From Lama glama (taxonomy: Eukaryota): 64,000 nt of DNA. The position numbers and the translations under genes are program-made. The stretch lies in the NCBI GenBank assembly GCA_028534125.1, contig CM052817.1, positions 93,312,001 to 93,376,000 of the forward strand. Direction: 5' to 3'. Every line of letters begins with the position of its first letter. Position 1 is the first letter of the stretch. Below are positions 39,801-52,777 of this stretch, in pieces. The notes beneath the pieces were generated by a model, which saw nothing but the letters and a program-made list of their open reading frames with translations, made no database searches and was not told where the DNA came from.

Positions 39801-41339
39801 CTGCCCCTTTTCAGGCCATGCAAGTACGATCAGCCTCCAGATTCTGTTTAGCCCCTCAGCTCCATGAGACTTTTAGCAACAAAACAAAATGACAACAAAA
39901 TAAAACAACACAACAGCAACCTATCAGAAAAATAGATCCCTCCCACCTAGAAATAGCAGCCATTATCTGGCTAGTGAAGGAAGTGATGGAAAATCGGTGG
40001 ATTAAAGACTAACCTTTATTAAATGGAACCTTATAGTGCACTTGACCTTCACAGAGTCTTCAGACAACCCAACATATTGAAAGTGAAGTGGCTCTCAAGT
40101 GTTGCTCAGCAATGAGGGCAAAAGTCAGTGGGAAACTAGCAGCAATAATTATTCCATTCTGAGTCGGGTGTTGATCTTGGCTCTTATTTATTTCTGGGTT
40201 AGGACCTACGTTAACATGCAGGTCAAACCCAGTGGCAATAGGTGCACATATCTGATGGATGGAGCTGAGTAGCCAGGGGGACATGACATCTGGCAGAGTG
40301 AGCCACGAGGGCAGGGAACATGTTGCTTACTCAGCATGCCACACATTTATGAGCTTGGAGGCATCAAGAGAAATACTGACTGCTTTAGATCAGCAGTTAA
40401 TTTAGAGAAAAAAAGAGTTAGGCAATGTAAGCTTCTCAACTTTTCTAGGGACACCTTTTGATCAGAAAGAATGTGAAGACAAAACCAGAGCTGAAATGGG
40501 GGCCCTGTTGTATCTTTCTCTCCATGCACAATTTCCCACTTGTCACTACCAATTTCCGAGCCCTTTGATTAGAATCAGCCAGTAAATTAACAAGGCCAAT
40601 CTCATCTCTAAAAAGAAGCTTCAGTTTATCCTTGGGCTGACTGAGAGCAAGCTGCATTATACTGGCCTAGTTCCCCCACACAGCAAACCTTTGTTCTTTC
40701 CATAGCTTGATAGCTCTTCTCTCTGAACCCTAACTTTACCCAGACTGTTAGGCGAAAGGAGTTGCACTTAAGATACTTTATGGTACAAACTGGCACATGT
40801 ATGGCCCAAGCTACATAACACACACACACGTGCACATTCACATATAAACACACACACATCATGTCCACTAAAAACAGCCAGACATGCGGCATCCATCAGA
40901 ATTAAGTGAAATTCCCCAACCTTGACTTCCTATTGATCCTCCTGCTTAACTTTGCCTAACCTACCCATGTAAAAATCCCGGAGCTTCATTTTCCAGTAAC
41001 CACACGGCTGGCCTCACCCTGAAATTCAGTCCCTAGTCACACAAGTGGATTCAGGTGGTCAGCCACTGTTTCTCCAGCAGTGGCTTCTCCACAGTCCGCT
41101 GGTGGATCTTGCCCAGACCTATCTGTTAGCTCTCACACGATGAGGTCTGCACATGAAAGCCATGCCTTCATCTTAACCTTCACAGTCATGCATCACTCCT
41201 CTGACCAAAAGCGGTCTTAGCACTGCAGCAGGCATTCGTTCTTCTCTCAGCTTCGAGGCATCTCTGTAGTTGGTTCAACCTAGATAATTCTCTGTATTTC
41301 TTGTTAGTCTTCAAAATGAAACTTCATCCAGGTCAGTCT

Positions 41340-41839
41340 NNNNNNNNNNNNNNNNNNNNNNNNNNNNNNNNNNNNNNNNNNNNNNNNNNNNNNNNNNNNN
41401 NNNNNNNNNNNNNNNNNNNNNNNNNNNNNNNNNNNNNNNNNNNNNNNNNNNNNNNNNNNNNNNNNNNNNNNNNNNNNNNNNNNNNNNNNNNNNNNNNNNN
41501 NNNNNNNNNNNNNNNNNNNNNNNNNNNNNNNNNNNNNNNNNNNNNNNNNNNNNNNNNNNNNNNNNNNNNNNNNNNNNNNNNNNNNNNNNNNNNNNNNNNN
41601 NNNNNNNNNNNNNNNNNNNNNNNNNNNNNNNNNNNNNNNNNNNNNNNNNNNNNNNNNNNNNNNNNNNNNNNNNNNNNNNNNNNNNNNNNNNNNNNNNNNN
41701 NNNNNNNNNNNNNNNNNNNNNNNNNNNNNNNNNNNNNNNNNNNNNNNNNNNNNNNNNNNNNNNNNNNNNNNNNNNNNNNNNNNNNNNNNNNNNNNNNNNN
41801 NNNNNNNNNNNNNNNNNNNNNNNNNNNNNNNNNNNNNNN
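41340..41839. other. Assembly gap (500 N)
   Basis: Run of exactly 500 N; the contig resumes in a (CA)n tract. Confidence 0.99.
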
Positions 41840-41884
41840 ACACACACACACACACACACACAGAGACACACAGACACACACACA
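41840..41884. repeat. (CA)n microsatellite at the gap edge
   Basis: acacacacac...cagagacacacagacacaca. Confidence 0.9.
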
Positions 41885-41894
41885 AAAAGAAAAA

Positions 41895-42050
41895 GAAAAT
41901 GCTAACTACGTGAGATGATGGATAGGCTAAGTAGCTGGATTGCAGTGATTATTTCACAATGTGTACATATATCAAAACATCAAGTTACACACCCTGAATA
42001 TATAAACATTTTATTTGTCAATTATACCTCAATAAAGCTGGGGGGGGGAA
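41895..42050 (+). mobile_element. L1 (L1MA-like) extreme 3' end
   Basis: atttcacaatgtgtacatatatcaaaacatcaag...tttatttgtcaattatacctcaataaagctg. Confidence 0.8.
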
Positions 42051-42264
42051 GCAAATGTTCCCAACATATGATACTACAGTGCTGGTGATTATGATTCTGC
42101 GATAAGAACTCAGGAAAACAGAAGGTATATTTATAAGCCACTTCATTTTTTTCCATTACATCCAATGGTATTTTTATGGCAGGTCTCTAATAAAGCCAAT
42201 GGTTTATACTGTAGAATTTACACTAACAACCCAAGCCTCTTTCTCCTTCTCTCTCTCTCATTTT

Positions 42265-42500
42265 AATAGCTAATAATTATTGGGTTCATACTGTGGGCCT
42301 AGAATTGCACTAATTTCTGTGCAAGGATTATTTTATTTAATTGTGACAATAACTCTTGAGGAACAAATATTATTCCATTATATAGATTTAGAAATTGAAG
42401 CTGGGTAGGGTAAGTAACTTGGCCTAGAATATTCAACTGATATAGATGGGAGAACCAGAGTTTAAGTGCAGGTCTCTATATTTCAGTTTGAACTCTTAAT
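42265..42500 (-). mobile_element. MIR SINE remnant
   Basis: Antisense MIR core: ttatatagatttagaaattgaagct...taagtaacttggcc. Confidence 0.55.
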
Positions 42501-44149
42501 TATGTTTTACTACTTTATAAACATGGTATTGATCCATTTTTAATTTGGAAAAATTATAATATCATAACTAACAGAGGAAACATCTTTTATTTAGTAACAT
42601 AATGGTAGGTACAGCATATAATAGTAAGATAAAGTTAACTGAAGTTTTCATCTTCTAATTAAGACAAAGCTCATTTGAGAAGATGGATGATTTTATTTCA
42701 TGACACAGAAAGGGCAGCAGGGTTTTACAAAGATAGTTCTCTCATTCTACAACTAAATAAAAAAGAGGAGATATAGAAAACAAAACTATCCCAAAAGAAA
42801 CAGGACTCCGTCTGTATCTACTGGTATCTATCTAAGGAAACTTACTGCCTTTCCAAAACATTCACCAATATCTTTAGCTCGATATCTTCTGTGTATACAT
42901 AATTTCATGTTTTCCTGCAAGCGTGTTTTTTTTGCATATTATTTTATTAGCATTAAAGGCTATTATTCTGAAAATGTTTCAGAAATAGATATCAGATTAT
43001 AAGATGAAAGATTTTTTTTAACTTTTTATAGGAAATTTTTTTTGTTGAAGTACAGCCAATTACAATGTGTCAATCTCTGGTGTACTTTTAAAGTACATCT
43101 CTAGACACCTCATAATCTACATACTAATTGAAATGACAACATAGTGTTCCACTTTAGTGCTGCAGAATAGCTTGCTCATTTGTGGTGTTTCTAATATTAA
43201 TATTTTACTATTATGAATAAAATCCAGGAACATCTAAACTATTTACTTTTTTCCTTTATTACTTTTATTATACATTTATTCCTAAATAAGTGGTTTTCCT
43301 GAGGTGTATTTGGGAGGGCTGCAGACAGAGAACCAATAAGGCTGGAGTCTGGGAAATATTTTTACTGACTACTATACAGTAGCAGATTAAAATCGTAACT
43401 GATTTGAGTGCAAATCACCATGTTAAATCATGTGTTTTTAATAATACAGATAAAGTAATTTACTTTAAAAACTCTATTTTCATAAAAGCCGAGAAAGAAT
43501 TGAATGAATCAACTCTGTAAAACTTTTATCCATTTAAAAATATTAAAAATAGCAAAATCAATTCCTAGAAAGGTCATTCGATTTTTTGATATCACACAGT
43601 TAAGATTATGTGTTTTATTTTCAGACACTGCTCTCTTTCCCAAATTTATTATCTCTATAAATTCTAGCATCATTTAGCAAATTTATTTTCATTTACAATT
43701 AAAGTAATTTTCTCTAAAGGAAAGATTTAATTTTTAGGAAGTCTAAACTGTTGCACTTTATACAGTGCTTCTTGCCTAAGCTTCAGATCCTACTTTGCAT
43801 CACAAGCTTTTGGATAGGCGATTGGAGAAATGTTGCCAATTTTTAAATGTTAAAGTCACCTCCATATTACTAATATTGACTCAAATTTTAGGTTTTTTTT
43901 TTATGAAAATCATCACCTTTCCCTCTTTCAGAAGTATATTTTCTCTTCCTAGTGAGGCACAAGCCAACACACTCTAATCCCAGACAACTGGCCGTTTTAA
44001 AGCCTACAAGACATTTACCACAAACACCCCTATGTTTCTGTTACTTATACAGACACGAGGATCTCTTCAGGCAGAGTAATCTGCTCTCCCTTCTCCTATG
44101 GCAGGCAATGCTTTCATGCTTTTCATTTACTCCCTCATATAACTTTTTT

Positions 44150-44960
44150 GTTCAATGCACTTAACAAGTTAGTTCCCGGGAATACAGACCCAGTCCACGC
44201 CCTGGTACACAGAGTCTAGAGGGGAAGGGAGACAATTTGGTGTGTCTGCACACTGGTGGCTAAAAGCAGATGTGACCCCACCAAGGAGTCATCGAAGGCT
44301 GCGAGGTTGAGGAGGTTCAGTCCGGTTCACCGTGGAGGGTGGTGTGAGAGGAGACGATGGTGTGCACAGTGGAAGATGAAGCCGAGCACACATCAGGGCC
44401 AGATTATACAGGAATGCACTATGCGCCTTGTGCTTTATTCTCAGGCAAGAGGCAGCTATAGAATGTTTCAAATTATGAAATCACAAGGTTGTTATTTTGG
44501 AAATATTATTCCAACCAAGGTGAGGAAAATGGATTAGATGAGAGCCAGCCTGGAAGAGGGAGAGTGACTAAGAGATTTGACAGCAGAACATTTAAATGAC
44601 AGTGATTCTAGGGTTTAGGATCATCCTAACCATGATTCATTATTGACACGAATGACTTCCTCAGAAGTAAGAAGGTAGAAGTGACAGAATTGATTTTATT
44701 TTTTTTGAAGTAGAAGCAAGGGAAGAAAAGTAGGCAAGGATTTTTCAGGTGTCTAAGTTGAACATATAAATGGATGATGGTGTCTTAATTAAGGAAAACA
44801 ACCCCCAAGAGAAGTTTGAGGATAAGGGGTGAGAAATGACCGACTATGTTGACTTTGAGGTATTTGGATGATACCATTCATGTGGAGCTGTCTGCCAGAT
44901 GGTTGGAAATACATGTCTGAAACTCATGAGCCAAGCCTGGGCTTAGCACAGAGATGATGT
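44150..44960 (-). mobile_element. L2 LINE remnant
   Basis: Purine-rich antisense L2 pattern (tgactttgaggtatttggatga...tggagctgtc...ggttggaaatac). Confidence 0.5.
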
Positions 44961-45349
44961 ATGAAGCCCAATGCTCAAGAGTATGTGGGCAATTGGGTAT
45001 CTGTGCACACTGATGTGACTTTAGTGGAGGCAGTATGGCAGCATCTCTAAAATGTCACCACTTCAACTAAGTAATTCCACTTTCAGAAATTTTATCAAAA
45101 AGAAATACTCATACAATTTCAGACACATGAGAATAAGAATACAGGTATATCTTGCAAATATAGACAGTCATAACAAAAATCAGAAACAATCTAAATGACC
45201 ATCAACCGTGTTGATTAGATAATTATGCTACATTCCATCAATAAAATCCTACTTAGCTTTTGGAAAAAGAGATTTATAGTTTTTGAAACGAAAAGTTGTC
45301 AGAACATTTTCTTAAGTGGAAAAAAACTTGTTTACATGTTTTACATAAA

Positions 45350-45560
45350 TAATAGCTAATCTACTAAGCCTTCATTATGTGCCAGGTACCATTATAAATG
45401 TCTGGTGCACATGAAGTCATCAGATCTTCAGAACAATCTTACAAGGTAAGCAATATTATTTCCGTGTTACAAATGAGGAAACCATGGTTCAGAGAGGGGA
45501 GGTAATTTGACTACTGTCATAATGTCAGTAAGTGCCCAAGCCAGGATTCCAATCCATTCT
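45350..45560 (-). mobile_element. MIR SINE remnant
   Basis: tatgtgccaggtacc...ttacaaatgaggaaaccatggttcagagagggga...gccaggattc. Confidence 0.7.
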
Positions 45561-46922
45561 AGGAGTGGAGTCCTATGAATTATCTGAGATTAACGTTTCT
45601 GCCTTGCCCCAGAAATGGAGGCCAGAAAAATTAAACTGAGTTATAAGTCAAGAATGTTACGTTCCCATAACCTGAGTTTGTAAACTACGAGTCATGATCA
45701 CTGAAAACTCAAATTGTTTGATACCCAGAAGAAACTGTATAGGGAAATACATTAGGCTGTTCAGATTTGTTTACTCTGGGGAAGGAGAGCAGAAAAGGTA
45801 GGCTTTTCACACTATATGCTTCTTTATTCTTAGAATCTGTGTGCTACAAGCAAATTTTATTTTTCCATATAGTTAAAAAGAGAATGAGGGAGGAGAAAAC
45901 CTGCATTATAAATTCATTTCGGATCAGATGCAACTTTGCAAAAATCCTTTTATTCTCTTATATTACATTTAGTTCGATGCTTTGTAAGTGTCATCATTTA
46001 GTCTGTAGAATATGTCCCAGCCTTAACAAGGCTATTTAATTATTTTATTTTCTCCCAACTCCAAGTGGTTGATGTGTAAGATTTGTTGCTGTGTACAGGG
46101 AGACACATATAGGGAAGTGCACATGGATAAGAAAGGCCAGGTACACAGTTTTGGCAGACCCAGCATTGTATTTGCTCCAAAATGAATCTAGCTGAGAGCT
46201 AAAAGTGGTCAAGGAGGAACTGACTCACTGGAAGAAGGACATATACCTCCAAGGAAATCAAATCATAATCAACACAAAATTAAATTGCCTTCTCCTTGAA
46301 AATGACATAATCAGCTACTGGATACAGTTCAAAAGGGAAAAAGAAAAAGGAATGGATAGGGCTTTTATTCACACTTCCTCTTATTTCCATAGAGTCTGTG
46401 TGATTTTTATTATACTTAATTTAAAAAAATGTTGGTGCTATCAAGTGTTTTTTTTTTCCAAAAGAGAAAAATATATATTTGAAAGTGAACAGGAGGTGAA
46501 TTTTAGCTGTAATCTGTAAGACTGATATATTTAAAGATACAAGCTTTGGTGGAGGGGGCATGACTTCCAAAAACCAAAGACACAGAAGATTTTTTAAATG
46601 GAGAGAACTCAATTTATGTACTTTGAAGAAACAGTCATTTTAATTCATTTTGAATTTTTCAATTTATAATTGAAAAAATAGAAAGATACAGATTACATGT
46701 GTAAAAACAACCTGGAAGAGGCTGTACCAACGTGCCCCCAGTGACTGTCATGTTGAAGAGGGAGATATGGGTGATTTTAATGTCATTCTTTTGACTTGTC
46801 TTCACTTTCCAATAAACATATTTACAAAATTGGAAAACTGTCAATAGAAAGTCTTTATTAAAATTGTATACTACTAAAAGATCAACGATTTCTACTTAAA
46901 AGATATATGACAGTATACACGG

Positions 46923-46953
46923 ATTTTAGTACATGTGCTGCCAAATCAAGCAC
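46923..46953 (-). pseudogene. 3'-truncated U6 snRNA retrocopy
   Basis: Minus strand gtgcttgatttggcagcacatgtactaaaat matches U6 nt 1-31 (GTGCTCGCTTCGGCAGCACATATACTAAAAT) at 27/31. Two of the mismatches are CpG decay. Confidence 0.8.
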
Positions 46954-48763
46954 AGATAGATGGATCTAAATAGAGTTATGAGCTCAGACTCTGAACTGCT
47001 CCACCAGTGAGGGACAGAAAAATTTCCGAGGGCAATCTAGAGATCAAGCCGGAAACAGAGAAAGAGCTCCAAGTAGGAGAAAAAAGAAAGCTGGCTCAAA
47101 ATCAAATCAGGAATGCAGTCTTCTTGCTTTCACTGAACATTATCTGAATTACTCATTCCCTTTCAAAAAAGAAATGAGGATCTTTGTCTTAAGCTTGAAC
47201 GTGAAGGGTCTGAAGACAAATATCTCTGTAACTACTGCCTAGTTTGCTGATATGTCTCTGGAGAAAGTACAAAATGGGAAGAGATGGAAAACTCTGAAGG
47301 TTTTGCTTAAATAGCTCAGCTTTAGACCACTAATGAAAACTGTTAATTTATGTTTTGTCTTCCCCCAGTTAAGCAGTGGTTAGTGATTCTGTCTGAAGAG
47401 TGAATTTTAAAGGTAGCGGTATGATTTTATGCCCGTCTCTCCCACTTCTGGTTTATCGGGTGCCTGCTTCACTGTAGGCTACAGAGATGCGACAGCTTTC
47501 CTTTTACCCAAGAAGCCTCTTATTTACACTAGACAATGGGAAAATGTCTACTCATATTTCTCCTTTTTTTTCCTTAGAAATTGTGTAACTGTTGTGGTTG
47601 TATAACCACTGACCTCATAAAAGGTAAGGCTGGTTTGTTTAACTCTTCGTATTTACTGTTTCGTTTTCTTTCAGGAAACTCCCCCAAATTCTAGCACGGA
47701 CTCAGGTTGTAGGCTCAAGGACAGCCTGCAACATTTCTATCAGTCAAATTTTAGTTTGTTTGCCTCGGGACTTTTCTGAATTTTTTTTTCTCTCTCTTCC
47801 ATTTTAAACTGTGGGGGAGTCAATATTGACCATGGGACCTGGAGCAGATTGAAGTTGGGGGGTGGGGGAGTGGTGAGAGGAGGGAAAACCAAGGCAGACA
47901 CTCAAGGCAGGCATTTGACATTAGGACCTCCGCTGGGAGTTTGCTCTGAGCCCACTCCTAATGTGGAGGCAGATCACAGGGAATTAATATTCCTCATTAG
48001 AAATGAACGCTGCCCCTCACTGGCTTTTTTTCTTCTTTACAAAGATGCTTGGTTTTCATGAGGTTGCTTTTTATCTTAATGAAAGGGCTGTGCTTTCAGG
48101 TCATGATCCTTCTCAGTGAAAGTTCTGGCTGAATCTGAGGTTCCTGCGGAAATTAGAAGTGATCAAAGCAGGCGAAATATGTGTTGTGGTAGTTTCCCCC
48201 TTTCTTTTAAGTAATACTAGATGTAAAGCACTGATTCGTATTTTGAGGGAGGATTCCACAAGCTTTCAAACAGCGTTCAGGTAAATCAATCCAGGAACAC
48301 GTAAGTGTTTGCTGAACAAGTGAATACACAGGTTACAGACATCCAGGTTTTGGTCTTTTAAAATAATATATGAATAATTAGGGGTTTTGGTTCTCCTAGA
48401 AAAGTCTCATGTTTAAAGCGTGAACAGCTCTATATATAATATGCTTGGCTTTATTCCTTTGTGTTACTCAGGCCCAAGTTCTTCCCAGATCAAAATGCTT
48501 TCAGTTTTATTCTCACCTTTAGTTCCATGTTACAATGATTTAATAAGTTTGAGAGTTTCAAGAAAAATTTCCAAGAAGTGTGATGTAAGGCTTTTCTTCT
48601 TTATTGCAACAAACAGTCCTTTATGTAGATTTTCTTTCCTTCTGCAAAAACTAATTGAGGTCCTATACATTTTTTAAGTTTACCTCATCTGTGTCGCTAT
48701 TCCTGTTTCTCTTCTCCACACCCTTCATCTGTCTCTCCCAGCACTACTCACTTACACCTGCAT

Positions 48764-48939
48764 CAGTGGTTCTCAACTTGAGCCACACGTTAGTCTCACC
48801 TGGGAAGCTTTTAAAATTTACCAATGCCTGGGCTACATTCCCAGGACTGACTTAATCTGTCTGGGGTGATATTCTGGCATAGATAAAATATAAAACTCCA
48901 AAGGTGATTCTAATGTGCAGCCAAGGTTGAACACCCCTG
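48764..48939. mobile_element. MER5A hAT-Charlie MITE
   Basis: cagtggttctcaac...ggtgattctaatgtgcagccaaggttgaacacccctg, with TIRs. Confidence 0.85.
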
Positions 48940-51900
48940 CTCTATATATTGTTGACCTATTGCATTATGATTATTTTTTAAACTTCACTTCCCATTGCAG
49001 TTTTCAGCACTTTAAGTCAGGTTGTATCTGACTCATGAAGTTCAACGCCTGTTGAACTTGAGCTATGGAATAAGGCTTGTGGGCTAAGTATGCTGTGGAA
49101 CATGCCAGAAAATCCAAAATTCAAGAGAATTTTGTCTATTAGTTAAGAGAATTTCAAATTGTTATGAAAGTATTGGACGAGAACAAACCTAATGCACCAT
49201 AACTGTGACCTGAGGAAAACCATAAGGGTAGTAAAAATAAAATATTAGGACAAAGAGTCAGATCCACTGAGAAATCAGGAAGACATAATGGAGAAGGTGG
49301 AATCTTAGCATGGACCTTGTGCAGAATTTTGAATAGCATTATGTACATGGTTTTTGGCAGAAAGAAATAGAAAATAGTGGGGAGATAAGAATAGAAGAAT
49401 TTCTTGCAAAAGGAACACAGCAGGGAAAGGGGAAAGGTGAAAAGTGAAATCCACTAAGGGAACAACACTTTGTATAGCATTTAAGAAGCTCTTCAGGAGA
49501 AGGAGGCGATGAAGGTCGAAAGTCAGTGCGGTGAAGTCATGGAGACTTTGTCCAGTGAATGAGCGGGACTCCCTGAAGGTTTCTGAGCAGGGAGTAATGT
49601 ATTAAGACATTTGTGCTTTAAATCTTCCTAATTAATTACCTTGTAGCCTTTAAAATACTTTTTAAAAATGTGATCTGATTTACATTATATGAATACTATA
49701 AGCAAGGCTTTCTTATGTTAAAACCCTTTTCATTATGTGGTTAACGTATTCATCGAACAGTAGATCACATAGATTACGTCTGTTCCCAGATGACAATATT
49801 TCATTGGCTTAGCTGAGAAGAAAATAAATGAAAGTGAAGCGGTAATAATGGCTGTGGTAGTTGCCCTAGAAAACTGGTCTAAAAGAATAGGTTATCTTTT
49901 TTTGGGGGGAAGGGGTAGTTATCTAAAGGAAGAAGAGGCGAAGAAAGTTTCCTTCACTTAATGTGATTTTCTGCCCTGCCGAATGTTAATGAGTACTTAT
50001 TTCATAGAGCCACATTTACTTCTCCATTACTGCTTTTGACCGACAAATGCAATACCCGTTGCTGAAAAAACCCGCAGAAAATGATCTGCATAGTGTGATA
50101 TCATTTTAGGCTTAAAGTCTTTGGTCAGATTAGCGCTCAGCTTGGTGGACAGGCTGATCCCATGTTCATCTGAGTACTGCCTCTGCCTCCATGTTTGTCC
50201 CACACCACTGCCCTATGATCTAGGGCAATTTTAAGATCTACACCAACTTATCGTTTTAATTTAAAAAACTGTATTTCATCAATAAAGTCATTAATAAAGC
50301 AATGGGATATATAATACATATGAAAAACCTAAAGCAAATTAATGCTTACAAGCATTGGCCATACTTTCTTTTTTTATTTTAAATTTGATCCCAGAGCTAT
50401 ATGTGTATGTGTTTATATGTACACAAACACCCCAGTGAGAAGTGAAGAGCAGCGAAGAACTTGGATATTCATGCAGATATTTAAAACTCAAGAAATAGTC
50501 GAGTCCACACCTACACCTCAACATATGTCTCTGCCAGTAGCATACAGTAGTATTTAGTGAAATTATAAGGGTAGGTTCCATGTTTCACATACCAATGCTT
50601 TATATATGCTCATGTAGATTTGGTGCACCCTGTGGACAGTTTTCAGTCTTCTCATTGTGTTATGCATTTAAAAACTGGATTGAGAAAAATAGGGAATTCT
50701 CAAGGTAGAAACTTCCAGTTCCAGATGAGGTGGAATAAACACAATCTATTTTACTTTCCCCACTAATCATACCAAAAAAAACACCAAACAAAAACACACT
50801 CTGGACAAAACACATAAGTCATTTTCAGAACATTCTAAGAAGTGGAGGAAAGAAGGCAGATTGCCTAGGAGCCTCAGGACTGAAGAATTAATCACAATGT
50901 TTCTTTTTTTTTCCCTTGCCTCCTATATATCCCAACTTAGGAGCTAAAGAAGTCCCCAATACAGCAAAATGACAAATAAAATAGCACCCAAGAATAGCCA
51001 AAGGACCAGTAAAAAGGTTGCCCAACAGAACAGAAAACTTTTAACCATAACTGCCTATTCTGAGGTTGAGTATCACAAAAATAGCAATGCCCTTCCAGTC
51101 AAAGGATGGTGCAACGAGAGGTCACTGAGAAACAGCCCCCCTAGTGAAGCCCATGAGCAGGGAGCCGTATTCCGCTCCTATGCTCATTTTCCCAAAGGGA
51201 TGGCATCCCTTTTCCAGTGGGGTCTGTCACTGAACTGACTTCCAACCTCCGTGAATTAAACAGAAGGTGCCCCTCCCCAGAGCCCCCAGTTGGAACTCTG
51301 ACTTCCACCCCCTACTGCAACTATACGGCAGCAGAGGCACTTTCTGCAGCAGAAGGGTTTGGGCAGGAGGGTGTGACCATTAAGGACTAACCCAACCCGA
51401 GAGAGTTTCTGTGCGGTAGTGGAACAGCTATTTATGACACTTATGGTGAGGATTACTCTAATCTACACCTGTAATAGAATCTCATAGAACTAGATAGCCT
51501 GCTCACCAAAAAAAAAAAAAAAAAAAAAAACGAAACCAAAACCAAAAACAAGGACCACAGTTGTGTTAACAGTACTATAATAGTACAAAGTCAATGTCTT
51601 AAAAACAAGAAAGACAAATATATATTTATGCACTGATATACCAGTATATTGGTTAGACAATTCTAACTTATTTTCAATGCTTTCTTCCTGAATATCTGGA
51701 CACCAAATAACAAATGTATTATGTAATAAATGTGATAAAACTTTTTAAAAAAACGTTCTGGTTTTGCCACTCAGATTTTCTAATACTATTACTAAGCCAA
51801 CTGTGACTAAAGAATAACTATTTTCCCCCTAACTTTCAATATTTGCATTCTTAATCCAAGAAGAGTAACTGCTTGAAAAGGAAAGGAAAGTTACCCCTTC

Positions 51901-52668
51901 ACATCTGGATAACCCTCTTTTTGACTTACAGGAGTGTAGTCATAACCAGAGGATATTACAGGATAAACTCGGTTGGCATGTGTGGGATAAACTACTGATG
52001 CAATATTTGAAAGTAGCTAAAAGCAAAACAAAAAGTTGAGAAAGTATCTAAAATTTATAAATAGTAGTGATAATACTTTGCTTTTTGTGTCATGCCTTTT
52101 CCCTAAGGAATAGAAAGCTTCCTCTTTTAATCTCATCACTTAAGTGATAAAGTTCTGTATTGATGGCTCTTTTTCAAATGGCATAATTAAATAATAGGGC
52201 AGTTAAGCGCCTTGCCTCAGGCCACAGTGGACATCACTACCAGCATAAGAGTCATAAAGTAGGACTCATGTTCTCCATAAAGTGGCTTCACAGTTAAATT
52301 AGACTATGCTTTTAGCTAAATCTGAACACCATCCCATTGAATGAGCAACAGTTAATCCTAGAACACTATCTATGTTTTAGTAGCATGACTTCTACCAAAA
52401 TGTTCTGCCAGCACAGTGCTAGTGCCACTCTATAAGCAATACACTCAGTCATCTCAGTCATTTGGTTTATTCTAATTTAATTTCTGCTTAACATTTGTTT
52501 GTTTTCTTTTTCTTTTTCTTTTTTGAATTCAACAACTTTTAAGTTCCTGAATGGGTGGAGATGTCAAGAACTACTCATTGTGACAGACCACGCTTCTTTA
52601 TCCTAACCTTGTACACAAACTTCCCCAAACAGAAGGCAGAATCATTAATGCATCCTGTCATCACTTAC

Positions 52669-52777
52669 TTTCTTCTTTCCGTTTCGAATCTATGGAGCAG
52701 TTTTCGAAGACCGCCATTCTTAAATCCCTGAAAATGGGCAGCTGGGGCTCCCACGGTGATGACATCGTAGAGGGCAT
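52669..52777 (-). CDS. INPP4B: INPP4B internal exon (109 nt): [36 protein letters not shown]
   Basis: Acceptor cccgttccag|AT, donor AAA|gtaagt; phase 1/2. Lies inside ORF 52665..52967. Confidence 0.95.

Noticed and set aside
49038..49059. Perfect 9-bp hairpin aagttcaac-gcct-gttgaactt (also an 11-bp inverted pair at 38970-39020)
   Set aside because: A few such stems are expected by chance in 64 kb of AT-rich DNA, and they are too short for a pre-miRNA.
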